Positions 7,390 through 16,043 of a stretch of 24,387 bases of DNA are shown here, in pieces; positions within the stretch are counted from its first letter, which is position 1, and each line of letters starts with the position of its first letter. The notes beneath the pieces were generated by a model, which was not told the DNA's origin, searched no databases, and saw only the letters and a program-made list of their open reading frames with translations. Source of the DNA: Cyclobacteriaceae bacterium (GTDB lineage: Bacteria; Bacteroidota; Bacteroidia; Cytophagales; Cyclobacteriaceae); assembly GCA_041751515.1 (NCBI GenBank), contig JBGSXH010000075.1, positions 1 to 24,387 on the forward strand. Reading direction: 5' to 3'. The position numbers and the translations under genes were made by a program.

Positions 7390-7777
7390 GGAAAGAAAAA
7401 TACAGGAAGCGGCTGAAAAAGGAATTGAAGATCTGGAAAATGCAGGTGACATTAAAATGTATCAGTTATTGTACAAAGGCATCAAGCAGCAGTCAGCGGA
7501 TCCAACGCAGGTCTTTAGCGCTGATTTTGCTGCAAAAATTACTAGCCGAATTACCGAAAAAGCAGCTGCAAAAGCCTACCGACAAGAGTATTGGATAAAA
7601 ACGCTGGGCCTTTTAGGGATCCTTGTTCTTTCCATCATCTCCTTGCTATCTTTTGATCTTTATGATAGATTATCCGCTAACTTCAAAGGGTTACAATGGT
7701 ATCTACTCTTAGGAATAGTCCTGTTTTTAGCAATAGAATTCCTTGATAAGAAATTCGTCAGAAAAACGATCGTCTAA
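7379..7777 (+). CDS. Putative membrane-bound anti-sigma factor
   Basis: The ATG at 7379 overlaps the 3' end of the sigma gene (translational coupling). It has a short soluble helical N-terminus with 'FSADFAAKI' and two C-terminal TM segments. Confidence 0.7.
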   Translation: MNDKERKIQEAAEKGIEDLENAGDIKMYQLLYKGIKQQSADPTQVFSADFAAKITSRITEKAAAKAYRQEYWIKTLGLLGILVLSIISLLSFDLYDRLSANFKGLQWYLLLGIVLFLAIEFLDKKFVRKTIV

Positions 7778-8103
7778 GTAAGGTCCAAATGCACAACCTG
7801 CTGGCATTGTGAACCTACCGTCAATCCACGATGAATTAACAACCTGCAGGTCTAGCACAGTGTCTTTATAAAAGGTGAATTTAATATGATCGCTAATCAA
7901 AGTTTTTGCACGACTTTACCGTGGTGAAATGCTCCGGAGGCATTTGAACTTCAAACGTACCGTGACGAATTTTGTAATTTCTTATGATTCCAAATCGATT
8001 GTAAATTTCTTTTTATTAACAAATACAGAATAAATATTAAGTATAATGGTTTAAAATATAATTTTTTTTGCTGAAATTTATACAGGTGCTTTAAGTTTCA
8101 GCC

Positions 8104-9078
8104 ATGAACAGAGTCTTAAAAATATTCATCTATTTATTTTCGGGACTGCTGGTTTTAATTACAGCCGGCATCGCCTATTTGATGCTTGCCATGCCCAGGG
8201 CGCAGTCTGCTCCGGAAATCACTTTAGACCACAGTGAGGAACAAATTTTACGAGGTAAATACCTGGCATGGAATGTAATGCAGTGCGTCGATTGCCATTC
8301 AATCAGAGACTTTGGCCAGTACAGTGGACCGCCCCGACCCGGCACCGAATTGGCGGGTGGTGAGCGATTCGACCAGACGATGGGCCTTCCGGGTGTTTAT
8401 ATCTCTCCCAACATCACTCCTGCAGGCATTGGAGACTGGACGGATGGTGAATTATTCCGGCTCATCACCACCGGCGTCAAAAGAGATGGAGAGCCCATAT
8501 TTCCGCTGATGCCCTATTACAATTATGGCCAAATGGATGAAGAAGACATTAAAGCTGTCATTGCATACCTGCGCACTGTGGAACCCATTCAAACCAATCA
8601 CCCCAAGTCTGTCTCAGATTTCCCCATGAATTTAATCATAAGAACGTTGCCGAAGCCGGCAGCTTTCAATCCAAAGCCTCCACGTTCCGATAAAATAGCT
8701 TATGGAAAATACATGGCCATTGCCACCGGCTGCGGGGAATGTCATACAAATTTTGAGAAAGGAAGGGTTACAGGTGAATTTCTTGCGGGTGGCAGAGTGT
8801 TTGGCTTTCCTGATGGTTCAGTAGTTCGCTCCCCTAACATTACCCCCCATGAGACCGGACTAAAAAGTTGGTCCGAAGCGCAATTTGTCAGGAAATTTAA
8901 AAGTTTCGCAGACAGTACCTACAAGCCTGCTGTCGTAGCACCGGACGAATTTCAGACCGTTATGCCATGGATGATGTATGCCGGCCTAGAAGATAAAGAT
9001 TTGGAGGCTATTTATGCATATATAATGACAGTGCCTCCTGTGGACCATCAGGTAGACCGTTTCACAACAGCCAGATAG
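8104..9078 (+). CDS. Membrane-anchored di-haem c-type cytochrome (related to the cytochrome c subunits of gluconate/alcohol dehydrogenases)
   Basis: Two haem-binding motifs, CVDCH and CGECH, each preceded by 'RG.YLA' / 'YGKYMA' and followed by 'SPNITP' and 'MP(Y/W)'. It has an N-terminal TM helix. Confidence 0.88.
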   Translation: MNRVLKIFIYLFSGLLVLITAGIAYLMLAMPRAQSAPEITLDHSEEQILRGKYLAWNVMQCVDCHSIRDFGQYSGPPRPGTELAGGERFDQTMGLPGVYISPNITPAGIGDWTDGELFRLITTGVKRDGEPIFPLMPYYNYGQMDEEDIKAVIAYLRTVEPIQTNHPKSVSDFPMNLIIRTLPKPAAFNPKPPRSDKIAYGKYMAIATGCGECHTNFEKGRVTGEFLAGGRVFGFPDGSVVRSPNITPHETGLKSWSEAQFVRKFKSFADSTYKPAVVAPDEFQTVMPWMMYAGLEDKDLEAIYAYIMTVPPVDHQVDRFTTAR

Positions 9079-9148
9079 TATTACCGTTTTTCGCAACATG
9101 AGGCCAAAAGAAATGAAGGTTGACCTTGAAAACAAATGCAGTGGCACT

Positions 9149-9892
9149 CTAAACAGGGGCAGCCTGCAGCAAATAAAATGTACCAACAGCAAGCATTGCG
9201 CCCAGTAGCGGTCCTACAACAGGCACCCAACTATACGGCCAGTCGCTCATGCCTTTCCCATGAATGGGCAAAACCCAATGTGCCAGTCGCGGACCTATAT
9301 CCCTGGCGGGATTGATTGCATAGCCAGTTGTGCCACCTAACGATAAACCAATAACCCATACTAGGAAAGCAACCGGAAGTGCACCCAGTGAGCCCAGCCC
9401 CACCGGCGTTTGTGCTTCGTCTTCCATGGCGGCCGGCGTAAAATACAGGATCACCAGTATCAATACATAGGTGCCGACAATTTCACTGAACAGATTGAAA
9501 GGGTAGTTCCGGATGGCAGGTATGGTGGCGAAAACACCAAGTTTGACTAATGGATTTTCTGTTTGCTTAAAATGATCATAATAGATGACCCAAACGAATG
9601 CAGCTGCAACAAAAGCACCGGCGATTTGCATGCAGGTATAAGGAATGACCAGCAACCAATCAAACTGCCCGGCCATTGCCAGGCTGAGACTCACAGCCGG
9701 ATTCAGATGCGCACCGCTATAAGGTGCAGCCACAGCCACACCTATGAACACTCCCAGGGCCCAGCCAGTGGTTATGACAATCCAGCCACTGCCGTGCCCC
9801 TTGGTACCGGGGAGGATGACGTTGGCTACCACACCGGTACCCATGAGTATCAATAAGCCTGTTCCAATAAATTCAGCCAGGAAGGGATGCAT
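9149..9892 (-). CDS. glpF: Glycerol uptake facilitator (MIP aquaglyceroporin)
   Basis: Two NPA motifs, 'SGAHLNPAVS' and 'GYAINPARDIGPRL' (the Asp after the second NPA marks aquaglyceroporins). It is the last gene of the glpDKF operon. Confidence 0.95.
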   Translation of the reverse strand: MHPFLAEFIGTGLLILMGTGVVANVILPGTKGHGSGWIVITTGWALGVFIGVAVAAPYSGAHLNPAVSLSLAMAGQFDWLLVIPYTCMQIAGAFVAAAFVWVIYYDHFKQTENPLVKLGVFATIPAIRNYPFNLFSEIVGTYVLILVILYFTPAAMEDEAQTPVGLGSLGALPVAFLVWVIGLSLGGTTGYAINPARDIGPRLAHWVLPIHGKGMSDWPYSWVPVVGPLLGAMLAVGTFYLLQAAPV

Positions 9893-9901
9893 AACTAATA
9901 T

Positions 9902-11404
9902 TTATGATGAAAGCCATTTTTTACTTCTTTCCACTGCCTTGTGCCAGGTCTTAAGATTTTCAGCGACTTTTTCTGCATCCATTTTGGGCGTAAAGGTTTC
10001 ATCCTCTTCCCATAGCTTTTTAAGTGCTGATTCATTTTCCCAATAACCAACAGCCAAGCCAGCAAGATAAGCGACACCGAGTGCTGTTGTCTCGAGCATT
10101 TTTGGCCGCTGCACCTTGCAATTAAGCAAATCGGTCTGAAATTGCATTAAAAAATTGTTAACGGCAGCACCGCCATCGACTTTCATCAAAGGAATAGTAG
10201 TTGCTGTGTCTTTCTCCATTGCATGCAAGACATCATACACCTGATAGGCAATTGCCTCCAGCGCAGCCCTGGCAAAATGTGCTGGGGTAGTCCCTCTTGT
10301 AATGCCAAAAAATGCCCCTCGGGCATCCTGGTCCCAGTGGGGAGCTCCCAGCCCCGTTAATGCAGGCACAAAGTAGACGCCATCATTGTCGTCCAGCGAC
10401 TTGGCCAACTTTTCACTTGCTGCCGCATCGCTTATCAGTTGCATGCTATCACGCAACCATTGAATGCCCGCGCCGCCAATAAATACGCTGCCTTCCAATG
10501 CGTAGCTTACTTTGCCATTCAACTGCCAGGCGATGGTAGTAAGCAGTTTATTTTTTGATTCAATTGGCGTGCTGCCCGTGTTCATCACCATAAAACAGCC
10601 TGTTCCATAGGTAGTCTTCGCCATGCCTTTCTCCAAACAAAGCTGTCCGAAGAGTGCTGCCTGCTGATCTCCCGCGATGCCAGCGATCGGAATTTTCGTA
10701 GAAAAAATTTTCCCGGAAGTGGTGCAGAATTCTTCACTACAGGATTTTACTTCAGGTAGAATTTGATGAGGAATATCAAACAAGTCCAGCAGTTCATCAT
10801 CCCAAACATGTTCATATATATTGAACAACATGGTACGGCTGGCATTGGTAATATCAGTAAGGTGCTTTTTGCCATTAGAAAGCTTCCATATCAGCCAGCT
10901 ATCTACCGTACCAAAACAAACCTCCCCTCTTGTCGCCTTTTCTCGTGCCTGGGGTACATGATCTAGCAGCCACTTTACTTTAGTCGCGGAGAAGTAGGCA
11001 TCTATTCTTAGACCTGTTTTTGCTTTAATAACCTTTTCTGCACCACCCGATATCAATTCATCACAGAAAGGCGCAGTGCGCCTGTCCTGCCAGACGATGG
11101 CGTTATGCAGTGGTTTTCCTGTTTGCCTGTCCCAGAGAATGGTGGTCTCACGCTGGTTGGTGATCCCTATAGCAGCAATTTGTTCTGCAGCAATATTGGC
11201 TTTTGTAATTGCTTCCGTTGCTGCCGAAGCCTGAGAGGTCCAGATCTCCATAGGATCATGTTCCACCCAGCCCGGTCTGGGAAAATACTGCGGAAAATCA
11301 CGTTGTGCGCTGGCAATCACCTGACCTTGTTTATTAAAGAGCATTGCTCTTGAGCTGGTCGTTCCCTGGTCTAAAGCCAGAATATATTGGCTGGAGTCTG
11401 TCAT
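9902..11404 (-). CDS. glpK: Glycerol kinase
   Basis: '[11 protein letters not shown]', '[10 protein letters not shown]', 'WQDRRT', '[10 protein letters not shown]', 'KTTYGTGCF', '[14 protein letters not shown]'. Confidence 0.98.
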   Translation of the reverse strand: MTDSSQYILALDQGTTSSRAMLFNKQGQVIASAQRDFPQYFPRPGWVEHDPMEIWTSQASAATEAITKANIAAEQIAAIGITNQRETTILWDRQTGKPLHNAIVWQDRRTAPFCDELISGGAEKVIKAKTGLRIDAYFSATKVKWLLDHVPQAREKATRGEVCFGTVDSWLIWKLSNGKKHLTDITNASRTMLFNIYEHVWDDELLDLFDIPHQILPEVKSCSEEFCTTSGKIFSTKIPIAGIAGDQQAALFGQLCLEKGMAKTTYGTGCFMVMNTGSTPIESKNKLLTTIAWQLNGKVSYALEGSVFIGGAGIQWLRDSMQLISDAAASEKLAKSLDDNDGVYFVPALTGLGAPHWDQDARGAFFGITRGTTPAHFARAALEAIAYQVYDVLHAMEKDTATTIPLMKVDGGAAVNNFLMQFQTDLLNCKVQRPKMLETTALGVAYLAGLAVGYWENESALKKLWEEDETFTPKMDAEKVAENLKTWHKAVERSKKWLSS

Positions 11405-11416
11405 GAGGTAGCTTGT

Positions 11417-12979
11417 TTATTGATCAATCATATATTTACTGGCAAGGGCCCTGAAGGCTTCCACCTGTTTTGCTGCCCAGTTATCACTTTTCTTTAAAAA
11501 TTCCTGCATAATTTCGGCCACTTTCGGAGCCATTTCTGCGGCAGCTTTAGCATCTAAAAATAGTATTCGCAGCCTTCTGGCCAGCACATCTTCAACTTTC
11601 ACTGCCATTTCTTCACGCATGGCCCACACCACCTCCGCTGCTGTATAGGGGTAATTTTGATGCAGCAGACTACCAAGCGCTGCATCTTTATCTATTAAGC
11701 TCTTGATTTTCCCAGCTTCACTGCCATAGACACCCCAATGTCCATCATGCGTTTTCTGGGTGGCACCCACCATGGGAATATTTTCGCTGTTCTCCTGCTT
11801 TAGCTTCAGACCATGTATTTTACTGACTGCTTCTATCGTATCTTCCCCCATCTTGCGATAGGTAGTCCACTTGCCTCCAATGATAGAAATGAGTTTACTA
11901 CTGCTGACAGCAACTTTATGACTTCTTGAAACCTCTTTCGTTTTAGCGCCTTCTTCGCTGGGAGCAGCCAAGGGACGCAATCCGGCAAATACGGAGCGCA
12001 CGTCTTGCCGGCCGGGAGCCTTGGCAAGATAATGCTTGCAGGTGTCCAGAATAAAAGTAATTTCGCTTTCCAATGCTTTCGGTTCCAGTTTCGGATTTTT
12101 ACGAATAGTATCGGTTGTTCCCACCAGTAATTTCCCTTGCCAGGGAATACCAAACAATACCCTGCCATCGCTGGTCTTAGGAATCATAAAAGCTTCTTTG
12201 CCGCCCAGGAATGATAAATCCAATACAAGGTGAGCCCCCTGACTCGGCATAATGGATCGCCTGGCATCGGGCGCATCCAGCTTCAAAATCTTATCGGCAA
12301 ATACACCGGTGGCATTGACTACAGCGCTGGCAGTAACATTATACTCTTGCTTGCCGAGCTGGTCTTTCAGCACAGCGCCAGTCACGTCCCCTTTATCGTT
12401 TTTCAGCAATTGCGCTATCTTCATATAATTGAGCATGCAACCGCCCATGGCATCACAGGTTTGCACTATATTGATAGCTAGCCGGGCATCGTCGAATTGT
12501 CCGTCGTAGTATAAAACGCCTCCTTTTAGACCGGTTTTGTTAATATTTGGCAGATGCTGCAGCACACGGCGTGAAGACAACCATTGTGACTGCCCTATCC
12601 TCAATTTACCAGCCATAATATCGTAGACCTTTAGCCCGATGCCATATTTTAACAGGTCAAAAAAACTATATACGGGTATCACAAATGCCTGACGGGAGGC
12701 AATGTGTGGGGCATTTCTCATAATAATGCCGCGTTCTTTCAAAGCTTCAAAAACCAGCCCTATATGCCCCTGCGCAAGATACCGCACTCCCCCATGCAAC
12801 AGCTTGGTACTACGACTGGACGTACCCTTAGCAAAGTCAGATTTATCTACCAGCAACACACTTAGCCCTCTGCTCAATGCCGATAACGCCACACCGAGCC
12901 CGGAAGCACCTCCACCTATGATCAAAACATCCCAGGAATGGGTTATTTTCAGTTTTTCAATATTTCTATTCCTATCCAT
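11417..12979 (-). CDS. glpD: FAD-dependent glycerol-3-phosphate dehydrogenase/oxidase
   Basis: 'IIGGGASGLGVA', 'DFAKGTSSRSTKLLHGGVRYL', 'DGQFDDARL', 'LVGTTD', 'FAGLRPL', 'GGKWTTYRKM'. Confidence 0.96.
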   Translation of the reverse strand: MDRNRNIEKLKITHSWDVLIIGGGASGLGVALSALSRGLSVLLVDKSDFAKGTSSRSTKLLHGGVRYLAQGHIGLVFEALKERGIIMRNAPHIASRQAFVIPVYSFFDLLKYGIGLKVYDIMAGKLRIGQSQWLSSRRVLQHLPNINKTGLKGGVLYYDGQFDDARLAINIVQTCDAMGGCMLNYMKIAQLLKNDKGDVTGAVLKDQLGKQEYNVTASAVVNATGVFADKILKLDAPDARRSIMPSQGAHLVLDLSFLGGKEAFMIPKTSDGRVLFGIPWQGKLLVGTTDTIRKNPKLEPKALESEITFILDTCKHYLAKAPGRQDVRSVFAGLRPLAAPSEEGAKTKEVSRSHKVAVSSSKLISIIGGKWTTYRKMGEDTIEAVSKIHGLKLKQENSENIPMVGATQKTHDGHWGVYGSEAGKIKSLIDKDAALGSLLHQNYPYTAAEVVWAMREEMAVKVEDVLARRLRILFLDAKAAAEMAPKVAEIMQEFLKKSDNWAAKQVEAFRALASKYMIDQ

Positions 12980-13156
12980 TTATTTCGAATTCCTAATTTA
13001 TAGTTAATAATAGATACAAAAAGATATAAAAGCAAATATTAGCAGTAATTATTGCTTATTTATTTTATTTTATCCTTTCTTTAAATACCTTTAATGGCAG
13101 GGGAAGACGTCGGCTAATTAAGATAAGTAGAAAGAAGCACATTAACAGTTATATTC

Positions 13157-13921
13157 ATGACAATTGCAGAAAGGCATCAGTTTATCATAGAAAAGCTTCG
13201 GAGGGAGGGCTTCGTGGGCGTAGCGGAACTTAGCAAAACGATGGAAGTTACAATGGTCACTGTACGCAAAGATTTGAAGATGCTTGAAGACAAAGGGATG
13301 CTCTATCGCTCGCATGGCAGTGCCACTTTAACTTCCCCTTATGTCAATGACAGACCTGTGCAGGAAAAAAAGCTAGAGCAGGTGTCCGAGAAGCAGAAAA
13401 TCGCCCATGCGGCGGCTAAGCTATTGGAGGCTGAAGAGGCCATCATAATAGGATCGGGCACTACCGTCATGGCCTTCGCCCAGGCCATCCCGTCCGACCT
13501 CAAACTCACAGTGCTCACCGGTGCAATGAATGTGACCTTGGCTTTAGCTGCAGATCCGAATATTGAAGTGGTTCAGCTGGGAGGCGTGGTAAGGCGAAGC
13601 AGCTCGTCTGTAGTGGGACATTTTGCAGAAGAAATGCTGGTGCAATTTGCCTGTAGCAAGCTATTTCTAAGTGTCGATGGTATAAGTCCGGAATTTGGGC
13701 TCACCACCTCCAATATGATGGAGGCGCACCTGAATGCCAAAATGATAAGGTCCGTACAAAAAACGATCGTGCTGGCCGACAGTACCAAATTCGGAAAAAA
13801 AGGCTTTGGCAAAATTTGTAATATTGAAGATGTAGATATGCTCATTACGGACACAGGCCTTTCCGAATCTTATAAAAAAGGTCTGGAAGATCGTGGCCTT
13901 GAAGTACTCATTGTTCAATAA
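13157..13921 (+). CDS. glpR: DeoR/GlpR-family transcriptional regulator, probably controlling glpDKF
   Basis: HTH 'V.ELS..MEVT.VTVRKDL..LE..G.L.RSHGSA' and a DeoRC sensor domain 'GSGTT', 'LFLSVDGI', 'LADSTKFG'. It is divergent from glpD. Confidence 0.85.
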   Translation: MTIAERHQFIIEKLRREGFVGVAELSKTMEVTMVTVRKDLKMLEDKGMLYRSHGSATLTSPYVNDRPVQEKKLEQVSEKQKIAHAAAKLLEAEEAIIIGSGTTVMAFAQAIPSDLKLTVLTGAMNVTLALAADPNIEVVQLGGVVRRSSSSVVGHFAEEMLVQFACSKLFLSVDGISPEFGLTTSNMMEAHLNAKMIRSVQKTIVLADSTKFGKKGFGKICNIEDVDMLITDTGLSESYKKGLEDRGLEVLIVQ

Positions 13922-13927
13922 AGCCCA

Positions 13928-15058
13928 ATGAGAGTTTTATTTATAAGCCACTATACTGCTTTATACGGTGCCAATAAATCCTTGCTGGGTTTATTGGACG
14001 GGCTTGGCGACAGCATACAGCCCATGGTATTGCTCCCGGAAGAAGGACCGCTTTCCGAAGCACTCGAGAAGAGGAAAATACCAGTACACATTACTGATTT
14101 TTATTGCTGGTTCTATCGCAACTGGCGAAGTCAGATACGCATCCCGCTTCGCATGCTGAAGAATCTTCAAGCTGCTAAAGCATTAGCGCCCATCATCAAC
14201 AATTTTAAACCTGACCTCATTTATGCTAACAGCTCGGTGATTGCATTAGGCTATTTATTGAGCAAACGCTATAGAATTCCCCACATCATACATGTGCGTG
14301 AATTCATCAAACAGCATTATTATGTTCAATACGACCTGGGCACCACAGGCATGAACTATGTTTACAATAATACCGATGCTGTCATCGCTGTTTCTACGGC
14401 CATTGCTACCGGCCTGCTTTCCGCTGTTGATGCCAAACGCAAACATGTCATTTACAATGGCATTATTGAAGACAATAATTTCACTAGTAAAGCGAGGGAG
14501 TTGAAACCTGGAAGCATTACCTTCGGTATTATAGGACTCCTCAGCGAAGGCAAAAAATTTGAAGAAATGATCGCTGCCTTTAAAATATATCACCATAAAC
14601 ATCCTGAGTCGCGGTTATTGGTCGTAGGAGATAGTGAGCTGGAATATTATAAAGCAGCATTGCGCCAACAAGCAGGTTCGCTGGTGAAAACAGGAACTAT
14701 TCAATTTACTGGTTATGTGCATGATATGCAAACCATCTATGAGCAACTTGATGTGCATGTGATATGCTCGGCAGCAGAGGCTTTGGGCAGAGTTACCATA
14801 GAAGCAATGAAGTATGGTGTGCCGAGTATAGGCTATCGTGGAGGTGGCACTCCTGAGATCATAGAAGATTACCAAAACGGATTACTGTATGATGGAGGCC
14901 CTGAGGAACTTGCCGTCAAAATGGAGGAAATTACCACAGCAGCTTACTACCAACAATTTAGTCGTAACGGCTTGACTACAGCCACGACAAAGTTTACACG
15001 CGAAAGCTATTGCCGGAAGGTTTTTGCCGTCATGCAGGACATTACAAAGAGAAGTTAG
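13928..15058 (+). CDS. Glycosyltransferase family 4 (GT-B fold)
   Basis: N-terminal 'RVLFISH....GANKSLL', 'IHVRE', 'VIYNGI', and the C-terminal GT4 signature 'EALGRVTIEAMKYGVPSIG...GGTPEII'. Confidence 0.92.
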   Translation: MRVLFISHYTALYGANKSLLGLLDGLGDSIQPMVLLPEEGPLSEALEKRKIPVHITDFYCWFYRNWRSQIRIPLRMLKNLQAAKALAPIINNFKPDLIYANSSVIALGYLLSKRYRIPHIIHVREFIKQHYYVQYDLGTTGMNYVYNNTDAVIAVSTAIATGLLSAVDAKRKHVIYNGIIEDNNFTSKARELKPGSITFGIIGLLSEGKKFEEMIAAFKIYHHKHPESRLLVVGDSELEYYKAALRQQAGSLVKTGTIQFTGYVHDMQTIYEQLDVHVICSAAEALGRVTIEAMKYGVPSIGYRGGGTPEIIEDYQNGLLYDGGPEELAVKMEEITTAAYYQQFSRNGLTTATTKFTRESYCRKVFAVMQDITKRS

Positions 15059-15061
15059 CGC

Positions 15062-15814
15062 TCAGGACTTTACGAGCCATTGCAAAACAGCCCTTTTGAA
15101 CCAGTAGCCTTTCCAGTTAATAAAGCCATATTTATACTGGATCCTATAAGTTTCCAAAGCACTCTGTTTAGAGTAAGAAATGCCCCCTACGAAAAAATTG
15201 GCCAGAATTTCTTCGAGGAAATGAAAGCTCACTAATTTCTCCCGACTGAGTTTTATAAAATAATCGTAATCAGCTACACATTGATAGCTTTCATCATAAC
15301 CGCCAAACTGCTCATACACCTCCCTATTGATAAAGCTGCCCGGGTGGGAGATCATAGACTGAGGCAACTGGTTGACGGTACCACCTTGCACTTCAATGCA
15401 CTGGTTGCCTTTCCAAAACCGTGTTAAGCTGTGGTACACATGCAGCCCTGGTAAATAGGCCTTTGCTATCACTGCGCAACTTTGTGGCTCATAAGTATCT
15501 CCACCATTCAAGATACCTACTATATTCCCTTTTGCCAGTTTAATACCCTTGTTCATCGCATTATAAATACCTTCATCGGCTTCGCTGCGCCAGTAATCAA
15601 TGAGTGCCTCATTTTGTTTGATGATTGCCAGGGTCTCATCGGTTGAAGCGCCATCAATGATGATATGCTCAATATTCCGGTAGGTTTGGGCTTTAATGCA
15701 TTGGATTGTCCGGCTTAGCTCAGGATTATTTTTAACTACGGTAATAATAGAAATGAGCGGCGTCCCGGCCTCACCCCTTTTATATTTTCCCTGAAGCCTG
15801 AGTCCTCCTTCCAT
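15062..15814 (-). CDS. Glycosyltransferase family 2 (WcaE-like GT-A)
   Basis: 'PLISIITVVKN', 'EHIIIDGASTDET', 'SEADEGIYNAMNKGI..A.G.IVGILNGGD', 'HPGSF', 'ADYDYF'. Confidence 0.92.
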   Translation of the reverse strand: MEGGLRLQGKYKRGEAGTPLISIITVVKNNPELSRTIQCIKAQTYRNIEHIIIDGASTDETLAIIKQNEALIDYWRSEADEGIYNAMNKGIKLAKGNIVGILNGGDTYEPQSCAVIAKAYLPGLHVYHSLTRFWKGNQCIEVQGGTVNQLPQSMISHPGSFINREVYEQFGGYDESYQCVADYDYFIKLSREKLVSFHFLEEILANFFVGGISYSKQSALETYRIQYKYGFINWKGYWFKRAVLQWLVKS

Positions 15815-16043
15815 AGCGAGTAAAAATACATCCTAAGATGCGTGCAAAATCACAACCAGTAAACTGCGGAACAGGTTTCTATACCGATCCTTTTTCTGCA
15901 GAGCAAGCAAAGTTTCATATAGTCTCATGAATATGCTCATAGCGACCCCTCTGCATCAATGCTTGATAATTATACATCTTCCATACCATTCAAGCAAAAA
16001 AACTCGTTACTTCGCAGTCTCATTGGTGGAATAAGGAATAAAA

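Noticed and set aside
13928-15814. GT4/GT2 pair as the arsenosugar glycosyltransferases
   Set aside because: Their motifs are those of generic GT4 and WcaE-like GT2 enzymes, not the TIGR04282/TIGR04283 types associated with arsM/arsS, and they lie more than 8 kb from arsM.
15833-15940. 35-codon minus-strand ORF (MSIFMRLYETLL...) upstream of the GT2 gene
   Set aside because: Short, with no motif or other support; expected by chance in a 230-bp intergenic region.
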